This document shows, one piece after another, positions 42,246-54,809 of a stretch of 64,000 nt of DNA. Under the pieces are notes generated by a model. That model was given only the letters and a program-made list of their open reading frames with translations, made no database searches and had not been told where the DNA came from. The first letter of the stretch is position 1; each line of letters opens with the position of its first letter. Both the position numbers and the translations under genes were made by a program. The DNA comes from an uncultured Leptospiraceae bacterium. GTDB taxonomy: Bacteria; Spirochaetota; UBA4802; JAGODF01. The stretch lies in contig CAZVKE010000006.1 of NCBI GenBank assembly GCA_964627815.1, positions 212,705 through 276,704 of the forward strand, read 5' to 3'.

Positions 42246-44648
42246 TCAGCGTGTTCCATTTGTTTGAGACTCATTCAATACGACTACGGAGAGAAGATAC
42301 GCACCGAGAGTATTATTATATCCACGTACCATGATCCTGTATTGCCCGGGCTGCAGATCCCGTTCAATTGAAGAGTTCGTAGTCCCGCTGCTGTCATCAT
42401 TGGACGCGATGAGGCCGCCGCTCTGATCGAATAGCTCGAGATAGGTATCAAGAAGCGAAACCCCCCTCTTTTTAGCGCGTATCAAGACCCTTGTGGCAGC
42501 GGTAATTGTCATAGTATAGGAATCAGCGTGTCCCGCGCCTGTTAACGTACCCATTCTTCGCTGTCCCGGAGTGATGGTGCTCTGCTGCCCCTGAACAGAC
42601 TGCCGTGATTGCCGGGGCGTTGCTTTGGATTCGTCGCCCGCTCGACGAATGCTGAGGCTGTATCTTCCGCCACTGTTGCCATAGCCTTTTGCGATAATGG
42701 TGTACTGTCCAGGCTCAAGGGTGTGCATTACCTTTGCGTTTCTTTCACCGCCGCTGTCATCATCGCTCGCAATGACTTTCCCGTCGCGTGAATGAACTTC
42801 CAGGTACGGATCATACCCTGAATCCCCATCCCTGACAAGATCAATAACCGCGTTTTCTCTTCCCTTCATTGTCAGTTCATACGCGTGTGATTCCCCGGGT
42901 TCAATCTGATCGATTTTTGTATCCCCCATCCTTATCGACCGGATCGCCATTTCGCGCACCGAAATCCGGTATAATCCGGCTGACTCACCAAGCCCGCTCG
43001 CCTGAATGAGATATTTTCCGGCCGGTAGTATCTGGGTAATCCTCGAATTCAGATTCCCGCCGCTATCATCATCAGTCTTTATCAACCTGCCGACATCTGT
43101 TTTTAAAGTGAGGAACGGATCAAGTCTGGACTCACCTGTCCGTTCGTAGTAAATAGTACAGTAACTCCCTTTCGAAAGATTAAGTGAGTAGAGGGCGATG
43201 TCTCCCGGGCCCAGGGCGCCTGTCCTGCTCTGACCGAGAGCGATCGGTTCTGTTTTAACCTCTTTTGCAATCAACCGGTATTTTCCGCCTTTATTATCGA
43301 AACCATTGACGATGAACGAATAGCTGCCCTGATCGAGGGTGGCTATTATCTTTGAGTTTTTCCCGTTGCCGTAATCGTTGTTGCTCTCTACCGTCTCATC
43401 TTTCGAGTTCTTAATTGTCAGATACGGATCAAGCATTGAATTTTCAGCCGCTTCCGCTCTTACCATGATATACTGTTTGCGCTCCATGTTGAACCTGTAA
43501 GAATGTTTCTGGCCCGGAATAATCCACCCTTCACGGGTATCACCGAGCCCGATTTCCTGCGAAGCCTGTTGCGGCACCCTGCTCCTGCTGACGGTAATTC
43601 TGAAATTGCCGCCGTAGTTGTCGCTTCCTCCGGCATATATCAGATAGGTTCCCTGCTCAAGATAGCCCGTATATCCGGCGTCCAGGCTTTCATCAGTATC
43701 ATCAACAGCGGCAATTGTTCTGCCCTGTAAATTCTGTATTGTCAGGACCGGGTCAAGCGCGGTGTTGCCCACACGCGCCATATCAATGGTAAATATGCCG
43801 CTCTCGCGCAGCTCCAGCATGTATACGGCGCGCTCTCCCTGTTGAAGCACCCCGGTCTGGCCCTGGCCTATGGCGAGAGAGCGGCCCTCTAGGCTCTGAA
43901 CCCCCAGACGGTATTCACCGGTGCTTCCGGTATATCCGCTCACAATGATCCGATAGCTTCCGGCTTCAAGCGATTGGATGATTCGCGCGTTCAGGTTATC
44001 TCCGCTGTCATCATCGCGGGCAATTACTTCACCCGCGGCATTCTGGACCTCCAGCATAGTGTCGATATTGGAGCGGGGCGTTTTCATTGCATCGATTATC
44101 ACATATCCGCGCTGATCGAGGACAAACTGGTAGACGTCCCTGCCTCCAGCCTGGAGCGAATTAGTCTTCGTCTCTCCCGTTCTTATCGTCATAGCTGCCT
44201 GCTGCTGCACGCCCGGCACACCCGTCACGGCCGCCAGTGCCGGTCTGTCGCCGATCGTCAATCGATACTGGCCTGTTGAGTTCCCATACGGCCTTACAAT
44301 TACGATATACTCTCCCCGTTCAAGGTTTCTCTGAAGTCGCGCGTTTCTGCCGCCGCCGCTGTCATCATCAGCTCCGATCTGCTGTCCGTCTTCATTCAGA
44401 AGCGCAAGGACCGGATCAAGCGCGGAATTTGGCGCCGCCACAAGGTCAATCACCACCTCTCTGGGTGTATCAAGCCGGAAAAAGTAAATCGCTCCGCCGT
44501 CGTTACGGATGGTGCCGCTTCTCGATTCCCCCAGACGCAGGTAGCGGGTATTCTCTTTGGAATCAGTTTTGCGCAGCGAACCGTCCAGGAGCTGGCAAGA
44601 CATCATCAGCGCAAGAAGTATCAGAATACCACCTCTCTTCATTTTCAT
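42246..44648 (-). CDS. Secreted/lipo-protein built of about 8 tandem ~100-aa PPC-like (pre-peptidase C-terminal-like) repeats
   Basis: Signal peptide MKMKRGGILILLALMMSCQ. The recurring unit is ...LDPxLxL....G..IA.DDDSGG..NA.I...L..G.Y.I.V.GY..S.G.YRL... Confidence 0.7.
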   Translation of the reverse strand: MKMKRGGILILLALMMSCQLLDGSLRKTDSKENTRYLRLGESRSGTIRNDGGAIYFFRLDTPREVVIDLVAAPNSALDPVLALLNEDGQQIGADDDSGGGRNARLQRNLERGEYIVIVRPYGNSTGQYRLTIGDRPALAAVTGVPGVQQQAAMTIRTGETKTNSLQAGGRDVYQFVLDQRGYVIIDAMKTPRSNIDTMLEVQNAAGEVIARDDDSGDNLNARIIQSLEAGSYRIIVSGYTGSTGEYRLGVQSLEGRSLAIGQGQTGVLQQGERAVYMLELRESGIFTIDMARVGNTALDPVLTIQNLQGRTIAAVDDTDESLDAGYTGYLEQGTYLIYAGGSDNYGGNFRITVSRSRVPQQASQEIGLGDTREGWIIPGQKHSYRFNMERKQYIMVRAEAAENSMLDPYLTIKNSKDETVESNNDYGNGKNSKIIATLDQGSYSFIVNGFDNKGGKYRLIAKEVKTEPIALGQSRTGALGPGDIALYSLNLSKGSYCTIYYERTGESRLDPFLTLKTDVGRLIKTDDDSGGNLNSRITQILPAGKYLIQASGLGESAGLYRISVREMAIRSIRMGDTKIDQIEPGESHAYELTMKGRENAVIDLVRDGDSGYDPYLEVHSRDGKVIASDDDSGGERNAKVMHTLEPGQYTIIAKGYGNSGGRYSLSIRRAGDESKATPRQSRQSVQGQQSTITPGQRRMGTLTGAGHADSYTMTITAATRVLIRAKKRGVSLLDTYLELFDQSGGLIASNDDSSGTTNSSIERDLQPGQYRIMVRGYNNTLGAYLLSVVVLNESQTNGTR

Positions 44649-44865
44649 AAACGCAACACTTTCAGCCCTATGCGCACGTGTTCTCATTTTCATATCATGC
44701 TCCCTGTACAGTATCTGCATTTCAGAAATTATTACTCCCAGCATCGATACCACGACTGCTTGAATAGTAGGTCCCGGATGATGAAAAATCAAGATAAAAA
44801 TTTCGGATATGAAACGCCGGTGAATGGGGAAAAAGCGGATGTAAAATGCCCGGGAAGAGCGGATT

Positions 44866-45468
44866 TTAAAAAAGCTCCATGATCGCTTCAGCCATCAGGC
44901 GATAACCTTCCACGCGGGGGTGGATAAGATCATACTGAACGAGGGAGCGGAAGTTGATTCCTTCCTGTATCTTCTTATGCCAGTATTCATGGACCCGTGC
45001 GATCGGGATGGTGTTCGACTCGGCCAGACGCGCAAGCATACCATAATATTTTAATGCCATCTCATATTCGCCGTTGTTGTCAAGATACACCGATGTAACA
45101 AGGACCGTTTCGGCATCCGTTTCATTTTTTACGGCATCTATCATCGCCTGCACAAAATTTCCGTACCGCTCCACGCGCACGCCCATAAACGCGTCATTGA
45201 GCGCGAACTGAATGAGGACGCAATCGGGATCGCAATCTAGCACATCATCCCGAATCCGGAGCAACCCCCCTTCGGCGGTGTCACCGGGGATGCCCCTGTT
45301 GAGAATTGCGCATTCGCTTCGCGGATAGCGATCGCGCAGCATCTCGGAGAGAAACGAGAGATATCCCTTCTGAACAAGCCACCCCTGCGTCAGCGAATCA
45401 CCGATCGCGGCGATGGTGAGTGGTCCGCCTTCCTGCAGTTTAGCGATTGTTTTTTCGGGCCTGGTCAT
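44866..45468 (-). CDS. SGNH/GDSL-family hydrolase
   Basis: N-terminal GDSLT motif, plus downstream conserved Gly/Asn blocks and a DxxH at the C-terminus. Confidence 0.7.
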   Translation of the reverse strand: MTRPEKTIAKLQEGGPLTIAAIGDSLTQGWLVQKGYLSFLSEMLRDRYPRSECAILNRGIPGDTAEGGLLRIRDDVLDCDPDCVLIQFALNDAFMGVRVERYGNFVQAMIDAVKNETDAETVLVTSVYLDNNGEYEMALKYYGMLARLAESNTIPIARVHEYWHKKIQEGINFRSLVQYDLIHPRVEGYRLMAEAIMELF

Positions 45469-47942
45469 TTTTTTTCTTCGGTAATCAGCGCCACGTCCGA
45501 GACCAGATCGTCCCCACCGATGTCAAGCAGCCTCACGCCGATGGTCGCCCGTCCCTGCTCGGAAACATCCTTTGCGAGGAAGCGGATTGTCATGCCGCTT
45601 TTTGACGCGATGATGATCTCATCTTCAGGAAATACCGAACGGAGATTAACTGCATATCCCGCCTTGTCGGTGACTTTGAGGAATGTCATGCCCTTGCCGC
45701 CGCGTCCCTTCGAGGCGAAATTCTTATACTGCACCTTCTTGCCGTATCCCATCGAGGTCACGGCGAAGAGCATCGAGTTCTCTTTCACCACGTCAAGCCC
45801 GATGATCTCATCGTCTTTGGCGAGACGCATCCCGATGATCCCCGCGGCGGCGCGTCCCATCGGGCGCATCTTTCCGAGGTTGGTGCGCAACAGAAGCCCG
45901 TGCCTGGTCCCTACGACGATATCGTCGTCCTTACCGACCAGCTTCACATCCACGAGCGAATCGTCTTTCTTGAGGTTGACGGCGATGATGCCGCCTTTCT
46001 TCGCGTTGTTGAACTCTTTGATATCGATCTTTTTCAGTATCCCCCCGCGCGTCGCCATGCAAAGATACGCCTCGCCTTCAATATCGGGCACCGAGCAGAT
46101 GGCCGAAATGTTCTCGTCCTTGGCAAGGTTCAGTATACCTTTGATCGATTTCCCCTTGCCGGCTTTTGAAGCAAGCGGGATCTCGTGGGTCTTCAGCCCG
46201 AAAACCTTTCCCTTGTTCGAGAAGAGAAGGATCATGTCGTGGGTCGAGGAGATGCTCATCATTTTGATGAAGTCTTCCTGTTTGATGGTGATCCCGCTGA
46301 CGCCTTTGCCGCCTCGCCGCTGTTTCTTGAAGGTGTCGATCGGCACCCGCCGGATGAACCCGTCATTGGTGATGGTGATCACCATGTCTTCCTCGGCGAT
46401 CAGGTCTTCCACATCAAAGCTCGTCGACGATTCCCCGCCGATCTGTATTTCGGTGCGGCGCTTGTCGGCGTACTTTTCCTTTATCTTGAGAAGCTCGTCT
46501 TTGACGATGCCGAGGATCTTTTTATCGCTCTTCAGAATCTCTTTGAGCTCTTTGATGAGCTTGAGAAGCTCGTTCAGTTCCTCAATCACCTTTTTGACTT
46601 CAAGGCTGGTCAGGCGCTGCAGGCGCATTTCGAGGATCGCCTTCGCCTGGATCTCTGTCAGCTTGAAGCGCTTCATGAGCCTCGACTGTGCTTCATCGAC
46701 AGTCTTCGACGAGCGGATGAGGCTGATCACTTCATCGATATTGTCGAGCGCGATCTTCAATCCTTCGAGTATGTGGGCACGCTCCTCCGCCTTACGCAGT
46801 TGGTATTGTGTCCTGCGGGTAATTACGTTTTTGCGGTGAAGGATGTAGTTGGATAAAAGCCCTCTCAGGTCGAGGACCTTCGGTTCGCCGTTGACGAGCG
46901 CCAGGAGTATGATCCCGAACGAACTCTGCAGCGTCGTGTGCTTGTACAGCTGGTTGATTATCACCGCGCTGTTCGTATATTTTTTCAGGCCGATTACAAT
47001 GCGAAGGCCCGAGCGGTCAGACTCATCACGAAGTTCGACGATGCCTTCGATCTCCTTGTTGTTGACCATCTCCGCAATCCTGGCGATGAGGGAGGCTTTG
47101 TTTACCTGATACGGAAGCTCGGAGATGATGATCGTTTCCTTCTCCTTCTTGTCCTCCTCAATATCGACCCTGCCCCGCACGATGATGCTTCCCCTGCCGG
47201 TCTTGTAGGCGTTTACGATTCCTTCAGCTCCCATGATGATGCCGCCTGTCGGGAAATCAGGCCCTTTGATAAACTTCATTAACTGTTTAACGGAAATGTC
47301 AGGATCATCGATCATCGCCGCCGTAGCGTCGATCACCTCTCCAAGGTTGTGAGGGGGGATGTTGGTTGCCATTCCAACCGCGATTCCCGCCGATCCGTTT
47401 ACGAGCAGATTGGGGAACGCCGCCGGAAGCACTGTCGGCTCCTGGCGTGAATCGTCGAAGTTGCCGACGAAATCGACTGTTTCCTTGTCGATATCGCTCA
47501 GAAGTTCGTCCGCGATCTTGTCCAGCCGCGCTTCGGTATACCGGTATGCCGCCGCGGGGTCGCCGTCAACAGAGCCGTAGTTACCCTGCCCGTCGATCAG
47601 CGGATAACGAAGCGAGAAGTCCTGAACCATGCGGACCATAGTGTCGTACACGGCTGCATCACCGTGCGGATGATAGTTACCAATGACTTCACCGACGATT
47701 TTAGCTGATTTCACATACGGCCGGTCGCTGCGCCAGGCGCGCACATTCATCGCGTGGAGAATACGCCGGTGGACAGGTTTCAGGCCGTCACGGACGTCGG
47801 GAAGCGCCCTGCCTACGATCACGCTCATCGCGTAATCGAGGTATGAACTCTTCATCTTCTCTTCAATTTCGACGCCAAGGACTCTTTCTTTATTTTCATT
47901 GCTTTCGGAATTCTTCTTTGGCACAACCGGGCTCCTGATCAC
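45465..47942 (-). CDS. gyrA: DNA gyrase subunit A
   Basis: YAMSVIVGRALPDVRDGLKPVHRR and an active-site Tyr region. The C-terminal beta-pinwheel repeats include a GyrA-box-like QRRGGKG. Confidence 0.95.
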   Translation of the reverse strand: MIRSPVVPKKNSESNENKERVLGVEIEEKMKSSYLDYAMSVIVGRALPDVRDGLKPVHRRILHAMNVRAWRSDRPYVKSAKIVGEVIGNYHPHGDAAVYDTMVRMVQDFSLRYPLIDGQGNYGSVDGDPAAAYRYTEARLDKIADELLSDIDKETVDFVGNFDDSRQEPTVLPAAFPNLLVNGSAGIAVGMATNIPPHNLGEVIDATAAMIDDPDISVKQLMKFIKGPDFPTGGIIMGAEGIVNAYKTGRGSIIVRGRVDIEEDKKEKETIIISELPYQVNKASLIARIAEMVNNKEIEGIVELRDESDRSGLRIVIGLKKYTNSAVIINQLYKHTTLQSSFGIILLALVNGEPKVLDLRGLLSNYILHRKNVITRRTQYQLRKAEERAHILEGLKIALDNIDEVISLIRSSKTVDEAQSRLMKRFKLTEIQAKAILEMRLQRLTSLEVKKVIEELNELLKLIKELKEILKSDKKILGIVKDELLKIKEKYADKRRTEIQIGGESSTSFDVEDLIAEEDMVITITNDGFIRRVPIDTFKKQRRGGKGVSGITIKQEDFIKMMSISSTHDMILLFSNKGKVFGLKTHEIPLASKAGKGKSIKGILNLAKDENISAICSVPDIEGEAYLCMATRGGILKKIDIKEFNNAKKGGIIAVNLKKDDSLVDVKLVGKDDDIVVGTRHGLLLRTNLGKMRPMGRAAAGIIGMRLAKDDEIIGLDVVKENSMLFAVTSMGYGKKVQYKNFASKGRGGKGMTFLKVTDKAGYAVNLRSVFPEDEIIIASKSGMTIRFLAKDVSEQGRATIGVRLLDIGGDDLVSDVALITEEKK

Positions 47943-48008
47943 ATTTTAGAATCTATTGTATCCGCTTTAAAATGGAACATTCCAAACATCAGCCATCTGA
48001 CATGATCG

Positions 48009-49952
<1,944 letters not shown>

Positions 49953-50167
49953 TTAAAGTAAATGAACTCACTATACTTGATATGGCGTTGTTCTTTTCAT
50001 CGATTACTAGGGTTTTGTCGCTATCTTTAAAGAATTTAAAAAAGTACCTGTTTTCCTCGGACTCACGAAGCGTTTCAGTATTGAAAATACCGATCAGGCT
50101 GGCGTCGGATACTATCGTTCTCTGTCCGATATGTATATGCATACATATAACCTCTCACCATGGAATA

Positions 50168-50503
50168 TCATTTCTTTTTAGCTCCTTTGTTATGCTCGAC
50201 GCGTATATCGGAAATCATGCTATACCCCATTTCATCATGAAGGCGCTTCAGGATCAACTGTTTCATGAAAAGCAGTTCATTCGCGTATATGGGATGATCG
50301 ACGGATATAAAAAGCGTTTCCCTGAAAATCCTTTCCGGAACCGAATGCGACGCTATGATCTCATCAACAACGCTTCTCCAGGATCCCCTGATGACTTCTA
50401 TCATCAACGCTTCTCCGACTTCGAGCTCGCGTATAGCTTCCGTTATAAGAGATGATATAGGTTTTGTGCTGTTGATCCTTTTCTGGTTAAAGCGAAACTT
50501 CAT
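50168..50503 (-). CDS. DUF721 (DciA-like) protein between recF and gyrB
   Basis: 111 aa. The W..VVDEIIA.H..P..I....L.I.VD...YA.EL.F.K pattern is typical of DUF721/DciA. Conserved position in dnaA-dnaN-recF-X-gyrB clusters. Start codon overlaps the recF stop (ATGA). Confidence 0.6.
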   Translation of the reverse strand: MKFRFNQKRINSTKPISSLITEAIRELEVGEALMIEVIRGSWRSVVDEIIASHSVPERIFRETLFISVDHPIYANELLFMKQLILKRLHDEMGYSMISDIRVEHNKGAKKK

Positions 50504-51608
50504 AATATACGATATTTTCCCACGTCAATAATATTTACTCCTTTCGACGCATCCATTACAAAACTGTCAATAAGGGTGACATCGGTCATGGTGAATATAA
50601 CCTGGTTCCCTTCATCAAGCATGCTTACCAGATTTCCTCTTCGAGAACGGTCAAGCTCGGAAAAAATATCGTCAATCAGAATGATTGTTTTTTTTTTATC
50701 TCTTTTTCAACATACTGTTTTTCAGCAAGCTTAAGCGCGATTACCGCGGTTCTTTTTTGTCCCTGTGAAGAGTAATCAGCAAAAGAACAATCCCTTTCGT
50801 TGTGGAAACGGTAATCATCCCTTTGAGGGCCTGATGTAGTTGTTCCCGCTAGTATATCCTTCGTACGATTCATTCTGAGAGAATCAATTATATTCCGGCT
50901 TTCTCCTTCAGCATTGTTTTGGAGATATGTAAGGAAAGGCGATTCTTCTCCGCCCGATAGTGATGTATAACTTCTGATAAAATCCTTCCTGAACGATTCG
51001 ATAAACGCAGTTCTTTTATGTATGAGATCGGAAGCGTTGTTTGCGAAAAGCTCATCCCATATATCAAGCTGAGAATCGGTATACTTCTTTTTTTCCCTGA
51101 GTTCCTTGAGAACCCTGTTGCGCTGAGAAAGAACCCGCCTGAATTCGATGAGCGTCCTGAGATATGAAAGATCCGTTTTTGAAATTACAGAATCAACGAA
51201 CCTCCTTCTCTCATCAGGTCCGTCCGTAATAATCCGGATATCCTCGGGACAGATGACCACTGTGAGCAGCTTTCCAAAATAATCAGAAAGTTTCCTTGTT
51301 TCTGCGCCGTCAATCTTAAGTTTTCGATGAACCCTGTCATTGTGTATCGCGCATCCGACTTCAAAAAGCGAATCATCAGATCCGGAAACAGAGGCCCCGC
51401 AAAAGTATGAATCATATCCCCACTGGATTATCTCGCTGTCATGCACTCCTCTGAACGATCGTACATTAGAAACGATTGTAACGGCTTCTATCACATTCGT
51501 CTTACCCGTACCGTTTTTACCGACTATAAAGTTGTGGTCCCCCGAAAAGGCGAATGAAGTATCAGTGTAATTTCTGAAATTTTTTACATGAATCTTATCA
51601 ATAACCAT
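50500..51608 (-). CDS. recF: DNA replication/repair protein RecF, interrupted by a single-nt frameshift in a homopolymer
   Basis: The N-terminal 310 aa (Walker A GKNGTGKTN ... SQGQKR signature) stop at 50676. The conserved C-terminus (IILIDDIFSELD...NQVIFT) continues in a frame offset by 1 nt, starting within the T10 run at 50688-50697. Restoring one base gives a full-length RecF of about 369 aa ending at 50500. Confidence 0.8.
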
Positions 51609-51635
51609 CGTATTCAGATCACGCGTGACGTGCGG

Positions 51636-52763
51636 TTAATTAGCCGGCTCAGATTTTATCTGTATCGGCATTATCACCGATTTGCTGTCCTTAATCTTTG
51701 AAGGAGTGATTACCATGGGACTCAGCTGAGAGGTAAGCCCGAGAATTATCTCATCATCACCGATTTCTTTAACCGCGTCTATAAGATATTGCGCGCTCAT
51801 TCCAACAGTAATGGAATCGTCGTTATCCATTTCAATCATGACCTCTTCTTCCGCCTCACCGAGGTCCTGCGTCTTCGCTTCGATCTTCAGCGTTTCCCTG
51901 GAAAAAGTGAGAACAATCTTAAAAGAAGGTTCTTTAGTGAAAATCATTACCCTTTTGAGGGACTCAAGTAACTGCCTCGTTGGCACTACGGCGTTCATCT
52001 TATTCTCATGTGGGATCACCTGCCGGTAGTTTGGAAACTGACCATCAATAACGCGCGAAACAAGCTCGGTTTCTCCGATCCTGAAAAAGCACTGAGTTTT
52101 TCCGAGATAAAACCTGCAAGAACCATAATTGCCAAGAAGACGCATTACCTCATGAACCGTTTTTAAAGGTATTATCACTCCCTCCTCAAGCTTTACTGAC
52201 TTATCAACCGGAATATTCACAACGGATAGCCGTTTTGAATCTGTAGCAACCGCGGTAATCGTGCCGAAATCCTCGGAAACAAAATACACCCCATTGAATG
52301 ACGGTTTAATAAGATCCGTCGCAGCTGCGTACACTACTTTCCTGATCGCATCTTTCAACAACGCCTGGTCAACCTCAATAGAGTGCTCATCATCAAACTG
52401 GGGAATATCAGGAAATTCTCCTTTTGCCGTTCCCACAAGCTTGTACTGGCCCTTTACTCCCTTGCTGATAACACTGACGAGGTATGAACTGTCGATTTCA
52501 ACAATAACAGTTCCTTTCGGAAGTTCCTTAAGAATACCGGCGAACCTCTTTCCATTTACAGTGAAGGAAAGCGTGCTGTCTGAAACAGCTTCAACTGTGG
52601 TTCTGATTCCGATCTCGTTATCGGTTGAAGCAATTTCCAGATGATCTTTTGAAACATTAAAAAGACAGTTGGAGAGGATCGTATTAATATTTTTAGATGA
52701 TATAACTGTGTCGGCTATTCCAATACCCCGAAGAAGATTATCACGGTCGACTTCGATTCTCAT
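51636..52763 (-). CDS. dnaN: DNA polymerase III beta sliding clamp
   Basis: 375 aa with a three-domain clamp pattern. Located between dnaA and recF. Confidence 0.9.
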   Translation of the reverse strand: MRIEVDRDNLLRGIGIADTVISSKNINTILSNCLFNVSKDHLEIASTDNEIGIRTTVEAVSDSTLSFTVNGKRFAGILKELPKGTVIVEIDSSYLVSVISKGVKGQYKLVGTAKGEFPDIPQFDDEHSIEVDQALLKDAIRKVVYAAATDLIKPSFNGVYFVSEDFGTITAVATDSKRLSVVNIPVDKSVKLEEGVIIPLKTVHEVMRLLGNYGSCRFYLGKTQCFFRIGETELVSRVIDGQFPNYRQVIPHENKMNAVVPTRQLLESLKRVMIFTKEPSFKIVLTFSRETLKIEAKTQDLGEAEEEVMIEMDNDDSITVGMSAQYLIDAVKEIGDDEIILGLTSQLSPMVITPSKIKDSKSVIMPIQIKSEPAN

Positions 52764-53022
52764 TTTTCCTCCAGCACTTTTAAAACAATATATAAAAGGA
52801 TATTATTTTATAGTATTAGTAATAGGTAAAAGTATATGTTAATAAATATAGAAATCCCTGAACCGTTGAGGGATTACGGTAAAAACAGATTGTGAACAAA
52901 ACTGTCTGAAATCAAGCTCTTATGATGACGGCAGATATAAAATGAATTCCATCATATTAAACAGAGATCATTCTTTCACAAGTCCACAAACAATAAACAT
53001 ATTTTTTAGAGATATAAACACG

Positions 53023-54393
53023 CTACGAACTGCGTAATTCCGATATCATATCTTCAATTATTTCAAGAAAGTATTCATCTTCTTTCATCATTTTTTCGAC
53101 ATTGTTCATGGCATTGAGAACTGTGGAATGATCCCGGTCGCCGAATTCCTTACCGATGTCGATGGTTGTGAGATCAGTAAGCTTTCGTGCTATATACATT
53201 GCGATAAAGCGGGGCTGTACCACCTTGCTATGCCTGCTTTTTGATACAAGATCTTCTACCGTAAGCTGATATTTTTCCGCGACGCGCTGCATGATATCGT
53301 TGATGGTCACCTTTTTGCTTGTTTCTTCATCGAAAAGGTCCTTCAAGTGCGTTTTTGCATGATAGAGGGAAAGAGGTTCGTTGGAAAGCGAAGAAACGGC
53401 CTTGAGTCTTGTAAGAGCCGCTTCAAGAGCGCGGATGCTCGATTTAATTCTTCTGGCAATAAAGTTCAGTACGTCGTCGGATATATCCATATTAAGCTTT
53501 TCTGCTTTATTGCGCAGGATCGCCTCCCGTGTCTCTATGCTCGGAGGTTGAATGTCTGTGATAAGTCCCCATTCGAAGCGGGTGCGCAGTCGCTCTTCAA
53601 GAGTTGAGAGTTCTTTGGGAGAGCGGTCGCTTGATATCACAATCTGCTTTTTATTGTTATGAAGTGCGTTGAATGTATGGAAAAACTCTTCCTGGGTCTG
53701 TTCTTTTTTTTCAATGAATTGGATGTCGTCTATGAGCAGTATATCAACATCGCGGTATTTGATTTTAAAACTCTGAACGGTGTTGGTCCTGATCGCGTGA
53801 AGGAAATCGTTCAAAAACTGTTCCGTGGTAATATAGAGAACCTTCATATAAGGCCTTTCGCGTATTATGCTGTGCCCTATGGCCTGCATGAGATGTGTTT
53901 TCCCGAGACCTGTGCCTCCGTATATGAAAAGCGGATTGTACTGTGTCGCAGGGGCTTTTGAAACCGAGACTGCGGCCGCATGAGGAAGCTGATTATTGGG
54001 GCCAACCACAAAATTTTCAAACGTATATTCAGGTTTGAGAATGGATCCGCTGTATTCCGTGTCGTTTGGCGTTACGGATGGTCTGAAAAGCTCCTGCTGC
54101 TCATCGTATTCAGGATTATTCTCCTGCCTGGTCTCTGAAGCATCACTGGAAGTTGTAAATTCACAGAGAATGCTTTTGCTGGCTATTTCACTCACAATGG
54201 CAGAGAGGGTGGATGAGTAATTATCTGAAATATGACGCTGTGCAACTTCGTCAGCAACTTTTATTGTCAGCCTGTTTTCCTGTAACATGACCGGCTCGGT
54301 ATCTTTAAGCCACATATCAAAGGATTGTTTGTTGATAATCCCCTGTATATTATAAAGAGCTTTATTCCAAATATCATTTTTTGAAAGCACCAT
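53023..54393 (-). CDS. dnaA: Chromosomal replication initiator DnaA
   Basis: AAA+ domain (GGTGLGKTHL, LLIDDIQF) and a C-terminal DnaA-box-binding HTH. Start at MVLSKNDIW (54393). Confidence 0.95.
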   Translation of the reverse strand: MVLSKNDIWNKALYNIQGIINKQSFDMWLKDTEPVMLQENRLTIKVADEVAQRHISDNYSSTLSAIVSEIASKSILCEFTTSSDASETRQENNPEYDEQQELFRPSVTPNDTEYSGSILKPEYTFENFVVGPNNQLPHAAAVSVSKAPATQYNPLFIYGGTGLGKTHLMQAIGHSIIRERPYMKVLYITTEQFLNDFLHAIRTNTVQSFKIKYRDVDILLIDDIQFIEKKEQTQEEFFHTFNALHNNKKQIVISSDRSPKELSTLEERLRTRFEWGLITDIQPPSIETREAILRNKAEKLNMDISDDVLNFIARRIKSSIRALEAALTRLKAVSSLSNEPLSLYHAKTHLKDLFDEETSKKVTINDIMQRVAEKYQLTVEDLVSKSRHSKVVQPRFIAMYIARKLTDLTTIDIGKEFGDRDHSTVLNAMNNVEKMMKEDEYFLEIIEDMISELRSS

Positions 54394-54419
54394 AAAATTA
54401 TCCCAATAAGTTATTAACA

Positions 54420-54809
54420 AATGTTGATATCTTTGTTTATAAATATAAATATTATTTAATATTTTGTACAGTCATATGAAGCTCAAATTTACTGCATATA
54501 CGACAACGCAAGGGAAAGTTGCCGACTTATAGAGTATATCACAGATCTTTTGCTTTTAAAGAGACAATAAAAGAGAATGAGGAGCGAGTAAGACGGATTG
54601 AGTAATCAATCCTTTATTAAAATCTCATATGATCGTGGAAGTTATAACTTTTTTTTGCAAGAAAATATTAGGTAATTAAAAAAGAGATAAAAATTTTTTT
54701 AAAAATGTTAACATCGCAGGGATTATCGGTTAATAACATTAAAATCGTGTTGATAAGTGTGGATAAAAATGTGGATATTTCGTGATTATGTTGTTATTTG
54801 CGGATAAGG
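54420..54809. other. Candidate oriC: AT-rich region with a DnaA-box cluster upstream of dnaA
   Basis: Same-orientation 9-mers: TGTGGATAA at 54758-54766 (perfect reverse complement of TTATCCACA). One-mismatch boxes at 54748-54756, 54770-54778 and 54799-54807. The preceding 54640-54720 is more than 80% AT (putative DUE). Confidence 0.55.

Noticed and set aside
45520-47282. Plus-strand ORFs of 439, 223 and 114 aa
   Set aside because: Antisense to gyrA. They have Ser/Arg-rich shadow composition, whereas gyrA is unambiguous.
50676-51608. Interpreting recF as a naturally short, C-terminally truncated protein
   Set aside because: The conserved Walker-B/D-loop C-terminus is present immediately downstream in a frame offset by 1 nt. 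A homopolymer indel explains it better.
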